NCBI GenBank assembly: GCA_039591655.1
Contig: JBDHDE010000003.1
Location: 1-64,000 of the forward strand
Source: Gemmatimonadota bacterium
Lineage (GTDB): Bacteria; Gemmatimonadota; Gemmatimonadetes; Gemmatimonadales; GWC2-71-9
Length of the DNA stretch: 64,000 nucleotides
Direction: 5' to 3'
A program made the translations under genes and the position numbers. The notes below the pieces were generated by a model. The model saw only the letters and a list, made by a program, of their open reading frames with translations. It was not told the origin of the DNA and ran no database searches. How positions within the stretch are numbered: position 1 is the first letter of the stretch; each line of letters opens with the position of its first letter. Positions 18,528 through 27,629 of the stretch are shown piece by piece.

Positions 18528-19742
18528 CTAGAAGGCGGTGACGAGACCTACCGTCCACCGTGTCCGGTCCCGCTCGATGTCGTACATGCCTTCGAAGGCC
18601 AGCCGGAAGTTACGCTTGGCAAGCCAGCCGGCGCCAGCGGTAACGGTCTGATACCGCTCGATGTCGGCGAGCTCCCCCAGGCGCACGGTGAGGATCGGGC
18701 GGCTGCAGTCCACGATGTTGTACAGCGCCACGCCGTACCAGCGACTCCCCGGTTTGTGCAGTATGAGTTCAGCCAGGCCGCCGTTGGTGTAGGCCGTTTC
18801 CTCGTTCGGCTCGAACAGTGGGTTGGTGTCCTGCCGGTGGATGTACTGGAGGTTGAGCTCCACGGCCCCCGCCGAGATCGTGGCGTCGGCCCCTCCCATC
18901 CACAACGTATTCGTCACTGTCGGCGCGGTCTCGTCTGGGGCCCCGTCCTGCCGCCCGTAGTACCCCATCGCCCCCAACCGGACGTTCGGTGTGAGGTCCC
19001 GCGTCAGGTGCCCGAAGAGGTTCTTCATCGGATCGTTGTCCAACCGGCGGTTGGGCTCGGCTTCGCCGCGGCCATTGCCGTTGATCACCTCTGCCGTGAG
19101 GGTGAAGCCGGCGGCGTCACCGATGGCCATGATGCCACGGTCGTAGGTCAGGTCCGCCGGCTGGAGCCCAACCCGGGCACGGTAGACCGCGTAGTCCTGG
19201 AACTCGAGCCTGAGCTCCCGCTTGAACATCGGGTCGGAGACCTGGAACTGGCCCACAACGCCGTCGAGGGTCGCACCCCCGATGTCGTTCCAGTAGATGA
19301 AGGCGTCCTCGATGCCCCCGATCTCGCCGCGCTCGAACAGAAAGAAGTAGAAGTAGTACGAGAGGCTGTTCGAGATCGTCCCGCCGGAGAGGAGCTTGAG
19401 GTTGTAGGGACCCTGGAGGTCGGTGGCGACGTTGCCCCCGGTGTACCCCTGGAGGTACGCATCGAGCCGCACGGCCAATGGGACGTCCTTGAGGAGATGC
19501 AGTAGCCGGTCTCCCGTATCGAGCGTGTCGCGCGGTATCTCCTGGGACGCCATGCGGAACCCGTTTCCCGCGAACTCCTCTCCGAATGCCGAGAGCTTGG
19601 GAGCTACCGTGTGGCACAGGCTGCAGCTCACTTTGTATTTGCGCGCGAAGGTGGGGATCGGCTCGCCGCTGGCCACCGCTGCCGCCGGATGCAGCATCAG
19701 GATGAGAGATACGCATGCACCGATACAGAGAATCCGCGTCAT
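18528..19742 (-). CDS. Cyc2-like fused cytochrome c / outer-membrane porin
   Basis: After the signal peptide: IPTFARKYKVSCSLCHTVAPKLSAFGEEFAGNGF (Cyc2 pattern PxFAR...CxxCH...PxL...G..F...G[FY]); beta-strand-rich body ending in Phe. Confidence 0.8.
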   Translation of the reverse strand: MTRILCIGACVSLILMLHPAAAVASGEPIPTFARKYKVSCSLCHTVAPKLSAFGEEFAGNGFRMASQEIPRDTLDTGDRLLHLLKDVPLAVRLDAYLQGYTGGNVATDLQGPYNLKLLSGGTISNSLSYYFYFFLFERGEIGGIEDAFIYWNDIGGATLDGVVGQFQVSDPMFKRELRLEFQDYAVYRARVGLQPADLTYDRGIMAIGDAAGFTLTAEVINGNGRGEAEPNRRLDNDPMKNLFGHLTRDLTPNVRLGAMGYYGRQDGAPDETAPTVTNTLWMGGADATISAGAVELNLQYIHRQDTNPLFEPNEETAYTNGGLAELILHKPGSRWYGVALYNIVDCSRPILTVRLGELADIERYQTVTAGAGWLAKRNFRLAFEGMYDIERDRTRWTVGLVTAF

Positions 19743-19852
19743 GGGGCCCTCCTTGGAAGTGACCTATCGGGCGGGTATTCAGCGAAGCAGGCCATCACCC
19801 CGTTGGGGGGATGGGTCTTGCCATCAATGTTGGCCGTGTTGTGAGCGCGCGG

Positions 19853-20074
19853 CTAGTGGTGTTGCGGATGCGTCCGGTGGGAGCGGGTGTTGAGCCGGAA
19901 CAGCTCGTACAGCGGGCAGTGGTGCGTCAGGGCCGTGGCCGCCAACACGAGGGCCAGCAACGCCGCCGCCAGAGACAGGATCACCTGCTCGATGAGGACC
20001 ACGGCAACGACGAGGGACACCACCGCCAGGCATCCCCGAATACACCCATCCACCATTCCGACGTTGGCTTGCAT
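19853..20074 (-). CDS. DUF2892/YgaP-like small membrane protein
   Basis: NVGMVD..IR, two TM helices, CPLYELFRLNT. Confidence 0.8.
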   Translation of the reverse strand: MQANVGMVDGCIRGCLAVVSLVVAVVLIEQVILSLAAALLALVLAATALTHHCPLYELFRLNTRSHRTHPQHH

Positions 20075-20121
20075 CGGCCCTCGCCCGCTGCCTCCACCCG
20101 GGGCAAGATCGGCCGCCCTCT

Positions 20122-20172
20122 ATTAAGGCAGCCGTAACCCCGCGTGAAGGACCGATGGGCTGTTTGTGAAGG
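20122..20172 (-). promoter_or_regulatory. 11-bp-periodic direct repeats (OmpR/PhoB-type site candidate)
   Basis: ATTAAGG (20122), CGTAACC (20133), GTGAAGG (20144), GTGAAGG (20166), upstream of the DUF2892-Cyc2-cyt c genes. Confidence 0.4.
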
Positions 20173-20193
20173 TGCCTTTGGGGGGGGGCGGTG

Positions 20194-21594
20194 CTAGGCG
20201 GTCGGGGGGGTGCGGGGCAGCTCGAGGGCAACGGCAAGCCCCCCTTGGATGCTCCGTCCTGCCTCGATCCGGCCGCCGTGCGCCTCCACGATGGCGGCTG
20301 CAAGCGTGAGTCCCAGACCTGCGGCCGCGCCGGCGCGGGTGCGTGCGTGGTCACTCCGATAGAACCGCTCGAAAAGGCGCGGCAGCACTTCATTGGGCAG
20401 CCCCGGCCCATCGTCCTCCACCGTTATCCTCACATTTGCGGAATCGGCGGTCACACCGGCACACACCCGCGTGCCCTCGGGTGTGTGCTTAATGCCGTTG
20501 TCGAGCAGTTGATCGATCACCAGAGTCAGCATCTTCGCGTCAACGGAGGCCGTGGCGTCGCCGGCTCCCTGTGCTGCCGTGAGAGCGATCTTTCTGCCCT
20601 CGGCGCGTGCCTGGGCCTTGCGCACTGCTCGGGCGACCAGGTCCCTCACGTCACGAGTGATCCGCTCGGGCTTGAGCGTGGCGGAGTCGAGGCGCGCCAA
20701 CATGACCAGGGACTCGCTGAGAGACGCCAGGTGGTCGACCTCCTCCAATACACTGGAGAGTACGGCACGGTACTCGTCGGGGCGCCGCTCGCCCCGTAGG
20801 GTGACCTCCAGCTCGCCGCGCATCGCGGTGAGTGGTGTGCGGAGATCGTGGCCTGCGTCGGCGATCATGCGGCGCTGAGTCTCGAACGCCTGGTCGAGGC
20901 GCTCCAGCATGCCGTTGAGCACCTTGACCAGTCCCGCGAACTCCTGCACATCGGCGTGCTCGGTGATGCGCTGGCCCACCGCGCCGGGCCTGATTCCCTC
21001 TGCCTGTTGGGTGATCTCCTCCACCGGTGTCACGCTGGAGCCGGCGAGCCAACCCGCTCCCAGGGCGCTTGCCGCGGTCCCCAGGAGGACGGTCCCCAGC
21101 AAGAGGAGCAGCACCCGGCGATTGGCCAAGTGCAGCGGGCGCAGTGATGCCGCTACCTGGACCACTACCTGGTCCGCGCCACCCCTCAGAGGTACCGCCC
21201 CGTAGTACGAGCGAACGGCTTCGGGCTCCCACTCCTGGGTCGTCCACACCTGATCGCCGTCCCTCGCCCGCTCGAAGCTGTCCGTGTCCAGGGGAAGGCC
21301 GCTGGCCAGCGGCGTGTTGGTCGCCAGGACGGTGTGGTCCTCGGCTCGCACCACCACGAAACGGTTCACCGCGTCGACGAACCCTTCGAGATCCGACGGC
21401 TCCGCGTGCACCGCGATGGGAAAGCCGGCACCGATAACGGCGAACTCGAGCTGCGCCACGGCAGCGAGCCCGTGGTCCAGCTCCTCACGTAGGATTCGCT
21501 GGGCGCCGAGGTATGCCCACAGCGCGATAAACAGGAGCGCAATGAAGATGGTGAGGGAGAACCGCACGGCGAGCGTGCGGCGCAGGGAGTACAT
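20194..21594 (-). CDS. Membrane sensor histidine kinase (HAMP-HisKA-HATPase)
   Basis: Two TM helices, DAGHDLRTPL, LLDNGIKH, DDGPG, FERFYR, GLGL. Confidence 0.93.
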   Translation of the reverse strand: MYSLRRTLAVRFSLTIFIALLFIALWAYLGAQRILREELDHGLAAVAQLEFAVIGAGFPIAVHAEPSDLEGFVDAVNRFVVVRAEDHTVLATNTPLASGLPLDTDSFERARDGDQVWTTQEWEPEAVRSYYGAVPLRGGADQVVVQVAASLRPLHLANRRVLLLLLGTVLLGTAASALGAGWLAGSSVTPVEEITQQAEGIRPGAVGQRITEHADVQEFAGLVKVLNGMLERLDQAFETQRRMIADAGHDLRTPLTAMRGELEVTLRGERRPDEYRAVLSSVLEEVDHLASLSESLVMLARLDSATLKPERITRDVRDLVARAVRKAQARAEGRKIALTAAQGAGDATASVDAKMLTLVIDQLLDNGIKHTPEGTRVCAGVTADSANVRITVEDDGPGLPNEVLPRLFERFYRSDHARTRAGAAAGLGLTLAAAIVEAHGGRIEAGRSIQGGLAVALELPRTPPTA

Positions 21595-22277
21595 CAGTCT
21601 GTGTGGCCGTTCTTCTTGAGGCAGAATCCGACGCCACGAACCGTCTGGATCAGTCCGTCGAATCCCGCCTCACGCAGCTTGCGCCGCAGGTTTCCAACGT
21701 GGACATCGACGACGTTGCTCTCCGGATCGAAGTGCATGTCCCACACCTTCTCGAGCAACTCCGTGCGGCGCACCACGTCTTCGGGGTGCAACATGAAGTG
21801 CTCGAGGAGCTGGAACTCCCGCGGCGTGAGATCGAGGAGCTCCTCGCCGGCCCAGGCTTTGTGCTTCAGCCGGTCCAGCTCCAGCGGTCCGTAGGACAGC
21901 CGATCGAGCCGTGCTGCACCGCCCCGGCGCACCAGCGCGCGCAGCCGCGCCAACAGTTCGTCGAACTTGAACGGCTTGGTGAGATAGTCGTCGGCGCCGG
22001 CATCCAGGCCGCGCACCACGTCCTCGGTCGCGTCCCGAGCAGTGAGCATGAGAATGGGCGTGTTCCGCCCCTCGCGGCGCAACTCAGAGGCCACCTGTAG
22101 GCCGTTCTTCTTGGGGAGCATCAGGTCGAGCAGGATTGCGTCGTAGTCGTTGATGTGGGCGAACACGGTGGCCTCTTCGCCATCCTTGGCGACGTCCACT
22201 GCGTAGCCCTCCTCCCGAAGGCCCATCTCGATGAAACCAGCGACCTTGCGGTCGTCTTCGACTACGAGGATCCGCAT
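21594..22277 (-). CDS. OmpR-family response regulator (CusR/CopR-like)
   Basis: MRILVVEDD, LLDLMLP, GADDYLTKPF, wHTH NVVDVHVGNLRRKL...TVRGVGF. Confidence 0.95.
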   Translation of the reverse strand: MRILVVEDDRKVAGFIEMGLREEGYAVDVAKDGEEATVFAHINDYDAILLDLMLPKKNGLQVASELRREGRNTPILMLTARDATEDVVRGLDAGADDYLTKPFKFDELLARLRALVRRGGAARLDRLSYGPLELDRLKHKAWAGEELLDLTPREFQLLEHFMLHPEDVVRRTELLEKVWDMHFDPESNVVDVHVGNLRRKLREAGFDGLIQTVRGVGFCLKKNGHTD

Positions 22278-22313
22278 TGTGGACAACCCTAGCCGTGACG
22301 GGCTATATGGTTG

Positions 22314-22342
22314 TTTAATCGAAGGTTAACGCCTCTTTATGA
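22314..22342 (-). promoter_or_regulatory. 11-bp-periodic TTAA-like repeats upstream of the response regulator
   Basis: TTTAATC (22314), GTTAACG (22325), TTTATGA (22336). Confidence 0.4.
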
Positions 22343-23578
22343 TGCCGCGACCTGGCGCGGAACCCGCAGGATGAAGCGCGCTCCCTTGCCGACCTGGCTC
22401 TCCACGTTGAGCTCGCCGCCCAGAAGCCGCGCCAGCTTGCGCGAGAGCGCCAGACCCAAGCCCGTCCCCCGCTCGGTCTGGTGTCCGGCCCGCTCGAACG
22501 CCTCGAAGATCACCGCCTGCTGCTCGGAGGCGATGCCCTCACCCCGATCCACCACGTCGAACCGGAGGGTACCGTCCGTGACGCGTAGCTCGACGTCGAT
22601 CGCCTCGTCCGGTGGGCTGTGGCGCACCGCGTTGGTGAGCAGGTTGATGAGAATCTGGCGCACGCGCTGCGGGTCGGTGCGGCAGGTGACGGCCTCGTCG
22701 GGTCCGGTGAGCGTGATCTTGACACCGCGACGGTCGGCGGCGGGCTCCACGGTGGACACCGACTCTCTTACGATGCTCCACGCGTCGGAGTCCTTGATCA
22801 TCGGCTCGAGTTTGTCGGCCTCTAGTCGGGAGAGATCCAACAGGTCCTCGAGCAGCGTGAGCGCACGCTCGGCTGATTCCTGCACCTCCAGTGCGGAGCG
22901 CGGAGTATCGGGCGCGGTCTTGCGGATCCACAGCTCGGTCCAGCCGTGGACGGCGGTGAGCGCGTTGCGCAGCTCGTGGTTAGTCATGGCGAAGAAGCGC
23001 TCCCGCGAGTGGTGCAGCTGCCGCAGCTGCTTCAGCAGGCCCTCCCGCTCGGAGAAGAATCGCGCGTTCTCCACCGCGACCGAGGCGTGGCTGGCCAGCA
23101 TGACCGCGAAGGCTTCGTCCTCCGGCGTGAACTCCGAGCCGCCTTCCTTTTCCGCGAGGTAGAGGTTCCCGATCGTTTCGTCCCGACCGATGATGGGGAC
23201 GCCGAGGAAGGACCGCATGTGGGGATGGTGCTCGGGGAAGCCGTACGCGCGCGGGTCGCGGGTCACGTCCCTCACCCGCAGGGGCTTGGGCTCCCGGATC
23301 AGCGCGCCGAGCACGCCCCTGCCCCGGGGCAGTTCGCCGATCTTGCCGTGGGCCTCCTGGGGGAGCCCGCTGGTCACGAAGGTCTCCAGCGCCGTGCCGC
23401 TCTCGTCGAGGATGCCGAGGGCCGCATACTGCGCGCCGATCACGAAACGGGCCGACTCCACCACCTCCTGGAGCACGCGGTCCAGTTCGTGTTCGGCGGT
23501 GATGCGGATGGTGGCCTGGGAGAGGCGCTCGACCCGCTGCCAGATCTCGTGGTTGTCCGCCCGGGAGGTTGGCGACAT
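22337..23578 (-). CDS. Cytoplasmic GAF-domain histidine kinase, DosS/DosT-like heme GAF
   Basis: GRGVLGALIREPKPLR...GFPEHHPHMRSFLGVPI...GNLYL; HELRNAL; NLLTNAVRH; GTGLGL. Confidence 0.85.
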   Translation of the reverse strand: MSPTSRADNHEIWQRVERLSQATIRITAEHELDRVLQEVVESARFVIGAQYAALGILDESGTALETFVTSGLPQEAHGKIGELPRGRGVLGALIREPKPLRVRDVTRDPRAYGFPEHHPHMRSFLGVPIIGRDETIGNLYLAEKEGGSEFTPEDEAFAVMLASHASVAVENARFFSEREGLLKQLRQLHHSRERFFAMTNHELRNALTAVHGWTELWIRKTAPDTPRSALEVQESAERALTLLEDLLDLSRLEADKLEPMIKDSDAWSIVRESVSTVEPAADRRGVKITLTGPDEAVTCRTDPQRVRQILINLLTNAVRHSPPDEAIDVELRVTDGTLRFDVVDRGEGIASEQQAVIFEAFERAGHQTERGTGLGLALSRKLARLLGGELNVESQVGKGARFILRVPRQVAAS

Positions 23579-23718
23579 ACGGGTGGAAGCTATGTAAGGC
23601 CGGGCCGGGGTGGAAGGGTGGCCGGCGGCCCCGTCCCGTGCGGCAGCCCTCCCGCCGGGGGTGTCGCACCGGCGCCAGGGACGATAATCTCCCCGTAACC
23701 CCAACCGCGCGATCGGCC

Positions 23719-24450
23719 GTGGATCCCACGCTGACCGTCTTGCTGTACTCGTCCCTGGCCGCGGCAGCGGCCGGGCTCGGGATTGCACCGCTGATGGTTA
23801 GCAAGCGCCTCGCCCTGGCCCGGATTGGCTGGGCCAACGCCTTGGCGGCGGGGCTCATGCTGGGCGCCGCCTACGCCCTGATGGTGGTGGGGATCCAGCC
23901 GCTCCCCGTGACTGCGGCCGCAGGCTCTCTCCTGGGCATCGGCTTCGTGTACTGGACTCACGCGGTGTCGGGCACGGCGGACATGGACCTCAACCGCCTG
24001 GAAGAGACCAGCGTCGATTACGGCTACAAGGTCCTGTTGGTCACCGGGCACCACGCCGCCGCCGAGGGGATCGCCATCGGCGCGGCGTTCGTGGTGAGCG
24101 TTCCGTTCGGCATCTTCATGGCCCTGGCCATCGCTGTGCACAACGTTCCCGAGGCCACGGTGCTGTGCTCCATCCTCACGGGCCGCGGCGTGCGGCTGAG
24201 GGATGCCGCCGGGCTCGCGGTGGCGACCAATGTGAGCCAGATCCTCCTTGCAATCGTCACGTTCGCGATCGTGACGGCCGCGCCCGGAGTGCTTCCCTGG
24301 GCGGTGGGCTTTGCCGTGGGAGCGCTGGTCTACCTGGTGATGGCCGAGCTGCTGCCGGAGTGCTACCGGCAGGCGGGACCCACGAGCATTGCCCTCGTGA
24401 CGATCGTTGCGATGGGGATCGTGGTTCTGTTGAGCAACCGGGGACTTTGA
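23719..24450 (+). CDS. ZIP (ZupT/GufA) family metal transporter
   Basis: AAGLML, HAAAEGIAIG, AIAVHNVPEA, ELLPE. Confidence 0.85.
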   Translation: MDPTLTVLLYSSLAAAAAGLGIAPLMVSKRLALARIGWANALAAGLMLGAAYALMVVGIQPLPVTAAAGSLLGIGFVYWTHAVSGTADMDLNRLEETSVDYGYKVLLVTGHHAAAEGIAIGAAFVVSVPFGIFMALAIAVHNVPEATVLCSILTGRGVRLRDAAGLAVATNVSQILLAIVTFAIVTAAPGVLPWAVGFAVGALVYLVMAELLPECYRQAGPTSIALVTIVAMGIVVLLSNRGL

Positions 24451-25190
24451 CGGTGCCGGTCCTGGACCCGGTGCTCCTCGTCTTTCTCTATGGGCTCTTC
24501 ACGGCCCTCGCCACGGGACTCGGGGCGCTCCCCTTTGCCTTCGTCCGCTCGGTCTCGGCACGGGCCGTGGCGTACGCCAATGCCATCGCCGCGGGACTGA
24601 TGCTGGGGGCGAGCTTCGGGCTCGTCGCCGAGGGCACGCAATACGGAGCGTGGCAGACACTCATCGGCGCCGTGCTCGGCGTGCTGTTCATCCTGGGGAC
24701 GCAGCAGTACCTCAAGACGCGCCAGATCGAGTTCGGGAGGGTACGGGGCGGCGGAGCGCGTCGCATGCTCCTCATCATGGTGGTGATGACGGTGCACTCC
24801 TTTGCGGAGGGCGTGGCGGTCGGGGTGGCTTTCGGCGGGAGCATGACCCTCGCCGTCGCCATCGTGTTGGCTATCGCCGTGCACAACATTCCGGAGGGGT
24901 TGGCGATCAGCGCGGTGTTCCGCCCGCGCGGCGTCTCGGTGGCTGGGTGCGCCGGGTGGAGCATCGTCTCATCGCTGCCGCAGCCGTTGATGGCGGTGCC
25001 GGCCTACCTGTTGGTCGAGACGTTCACGTCCGTGCTTCCTTACGGCATCGGGTTCGCCGCGGGCGCCATGGTGTTCATGGTGTTCGTGGAGCTACTACCG
25101 GAGGCGTTCGAGGTGGGCCGCAAGCCCCACGTTGCGCTCCTGACCTCCGCCACCCTCGTGGCGATGGTCGTGTTCCAGCAGTACCTGTAG
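24447..25190 (+). CDS. ZIP (ZupT/GufA) family metal transporter, second paralog
   Basis: ATGLGALP, VHSFAEGVAVG, AIAVHNIPEG, GFAAGAM, ELLPEA; TTGA overlap (alternative GTG at 24453). Confidence 0.9.
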   Translation: MTVPVLDPVLLVFLYGLFTALATGLGALPFAFVRSVSARAVAYANAIAAGLMLGASFGLVAEGTQYGAWQTLIGAVLGVLFILGTQQYLKTRQIEFGRVRGGGARRMLLIMVVMTVHSFAEGVAVGVAFGGSMTLAVAIVLAIAVHNIPEGLAISAVFRPRGVSVAGCAGWSIVSSLPQPLMAVPAYLLVETFTSVLPYGIGFAAGAMVFMVFVELLPEAFEVGRKPHVALLTSATLVAMVVFQQYL

Positions 25191-25283
25191 CGCCCGGCCG
25201 CCATCCACCCTTCCGGGGAATGGGGCCCTTCACGCCCTTGTCTCAGGTGGAGGCCGGAAGGCCGAAGCCCGCGGGACAACGAA

Positions 25284-25310
25284 AGGGAGCGCCGAGCCAC
25301 GGCGCTCCCT
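25284..25310. terminator. Hairpin between convergent ZIP and oxidase genes
   Basis: AGGGAGCGCCG-AGCCA-CGGCGCTCCCT. Confidence 0.55.
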
Positions 25311-25345
25311 CTCTTCGCTATCGACCGGAAAGCTCTTGTTGGCCG

Positions 25346-26968
25346 TTAGAACGGCTTGTACCCCGGCGAGCCGAAGGTCTCCATTGCCAGGTGATCGGCC
25401 AGCGGGTACGCGTAGGCGATCGCCACCAGGATCACGGCGACCACGACCCAAGCCCAGATGCGATCGAACACCACCAGCTTGGTGGGCTCTCCTTCCAACG
25501 GCTCCGCAAACTCGAGCGTCGGCTGCTCGGCCTTCGGACCGGCCAACACCGTGCCTAGCATGCTGAGCAGGAAGAACGACGCGGAGACGAACAGCAGCAC
25601 GCCTCCTGCGGCGGATATGAGCGTGAGTCCCTCCCACTGTGTGGCGGCAAGACTGCCGCCGTAGCTCGTCTCGTAGACACGCCGTGGCATGCCCATTATG
25701 CCCGTGATGTGGTTCGAAATGGAGAACAGCAGCATCCCGACGAACCATAGGTACGGCTGCCACTTGGCAAGCAGACCGAGCTCCAGATCCCGACCTACCA
25801 GCTTCGGTACCAGCCAGTACGCAACACCCATGAAGGTGAGCGCCACTGCGGAGCCCACGGTGAGATGGAAATGTCCCTGGATCCAGGCCGTGTTGTGCAC
25901 CACCGCATTCATGCCGTACGCCGCGTTGATGGCGCCGCCGAAGCCGCCAACGGCGAACAAGATCATGCTGAGGAGCACCGCCGCCACCATGGGGTTGTTC
26001 CACGGCAGTTTGGCGATCCAGTCGAACAGTCCCCTGGCGCCGCGCATGCGGCCCGCGACCTCCAAGGACGCGGTCACGGTGAACGCCGTGACGAAGCTGG
26101 GGAAGAGGATCGCGAACGTGGTGACGGTGTGTGCCAGCTTCCATCCGGCGGAGATCCCGGGGTCCATGAACTGGTGATGGAATCCCACAGGCGTGGACAG
26201 GATGATGAACAGGGCGAACACCATCCGCGCCAGCGGATCGCTGAACAGCTTCCCGCCGGCCTCCCGCGGCACCACGGAGTACCACACGACGTAGGCGGGA
26301 ATGAGCCAGAAGTAGACCAGCGGGTGGCCGAAGAACCAGAACAGCATGCGGGCCAGGAGCGGGTCTACCGTCTCCTTGAGCCCCAGCGACCACGGGATGA
26401 GCTGGAACAGCATCTCCGAGGCCACACCCACCGTCGCGAGGTACCACACGATGATCGTGGTCAGGATACCGTGCACCGCCAGCGGAACCGGCGTGCCGGG
26501 GTTGTCCTTCTTCCACGCGAAGTAGCTGGCGATGATCACCGCGCCCCACACCCAGGAGCCGACGACCAGTAGCGTGGCGCCGATGTAGAACGCCGAGTGT
26601 GCCTGGAGCGGTGGGTAGAAGGTGTAAAGGACAGTGGCTTTGCCCCACAGGATCGCCCACGCAACCATGGCCGTTCCGACGGCGGCGATCCAGAACCCGG
26701 CCCATGCCACGCGTGGCCATTTGAGCGGCCGCTCGAGAGCGCGGGTCGTGAACGCGATCCCGAGACCCATGATGAAGAACGTGGTGAACACGATCGCCAT
26801 CAGGACGCCGTGGCCGGTCACCGAGAGGTAGTACATCTTGGCCGAGCGCCAGGGGAGGTCGAGGCTGGCGCGCGACAGGGCCTGCATCAGAGCCATGAAC
26901 GTCGCGATGCCGAACGCGACCACCGCGACGCCGATGTTTGCCGTGGCGAGACGTCGATTGTGGATCAT
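25346..26968 (-). CDS. cbaA: B-family (ba3-type) heme-copper oxidase subunit I
   Basis: VTGHGV, FWFFGHPLVYFW (His-Tyr), GFHHQF, GHFHLTVG, GMPRR. Confidence 0.92.
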   Translation of the reverse strand: MIHNRRLATANIGVAVVAFGIATFMALMQALSRASLDLPWRSAKMYYLSVTGHGVLMAIVFTTFFIMGLGIAFTTRALERPLKWPRVAWAGFWIAAVGTAMVAWAILWGKATVLYTFYPPLQAHSAFYIGATLLVVGSWVWGAVIIASYFAWKKDNPGTPVPLAVHGILTTIIVWYLATVGVASEMLFQLIPWSLGLKETVDPLLARMLFWFFGHPLVYFWLIPAYVVWYSVVPREAGGKLFSDPLARMVFALFIILSTPVGFHHQFMDPGISAGWKLAHTVTTFAILFPSFVTAFTVTASLEVAGRMRGARGLFDWIAKLPWNNPMVAAVLLSMILFAVGGFGGAINAAYGMNAVVHNTAWIQGHFHLTVGSAVALTFMGVAYWLVPKLVGRDLELGLLAKWQPYLWFVGMLLFSISNHITGIMGMPRRVYETSYGGSLAATQWEGLTLISAAGGVLLFVSASFFLLSMLGTVLAGPKAEQPTLEFAEPLEGEPTKLVVFDRIWAWVVVAVILVAIAYAYPLADHLAMETFGSPGYKPF

Positions 26969-27441
26969 ACGCCCCCCTCCACGATCAACGTTGCGCCCAT
27001 GTTGTGATGACCGAGGCCGCAGTACTCGTTACACGTGATCAGGTACTCGCCCGGTTCGTCGAACGTCATGGTGAACTGGCTGACGTAGCCCGGGATCACC
27101 ATCGTGTTGCCGTTCGTCCCTACGATCTGAAAGCCGTGGACGACGTCGGCGCTCGCGATCCGGAACGTGACCGGTGTGTTGGCGGGCACCCTGATCTCGT
27201 TCGGCTGGAATGCGAACATCATGGCGAGCATCGTCACTTCGACGCTGCCGTCTGGATTGGTCGTCACCCCGCGCTGGGCGAAGCGTGCGTCGGACCAGAC
27301 GTTGCGGGGGTCGACGGTCTCTACGTGGCTGGGCGGCAGCCGGCCCTGGGACACGGTGGCGAATGCGATCGCGCCGAGGAACACCACGATGATCGCGCCT
27401 GCGCCCCACATCCAGATCCGCTCGTATAGATGCACATGCAT
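26965..27441 (-). CDS. cbaB: ba3-type oxidase subunit II (CuA)
   Basis: YERIW, DVVHGF, CNEYCGLGHHNM. Confidence 0.92.
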   Translation of the reverse strand: MHVHLYERIWMWGAGAIIVVFLGAIAFATVSQGRLPPSHVETVDPRNVWSDARFAQRGVTTNPDGSVEVTMLAMMFAFQPNEIRVPANTPVTFRIASADVVHGFQIVGTNGNTMVIPGYVSQFTMTFDEPGEYLITCNEYCGLGHHNMGATLIVEGGV

Positions 27442-27447
27442 GGGCCG

Positions 27448-27588
27448 TTACCTCATCACCGCGCCGCGCGGGAGGTAGATGAACAGGAAGAAGGCAAACC
27501 ACCCGATGACGAACAGCGCGCCGTACAGCCCGACGAGGGCCAACGTGCCACGCGGGTGCTTGCCGACCTCGGAGTGCTGATCGCTCAT
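27448..27588 (-). CDS. ba3-type oxidase subunit IIa
   Basis: 46 aa, PRGTLALV...W...F..YLPRG single TM; AAGGAG RBS. Confidence 0.8.
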   Translation of the reverse strand: MSDQHSEVGKHPRGTLALVGLYGALFVIGWFAFFLFIYLPRGAVMR

Positions 27589-27629
27589 GAGCTTCTCCTT
27601 ACTGGGAACGGACGTGAACGGACCGTGAA

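Noticed and set aside
25346..26968. Possible nitric oxide reductase given the nos context
   Set aside because: Active-site Tyr and K-channel residues are intact
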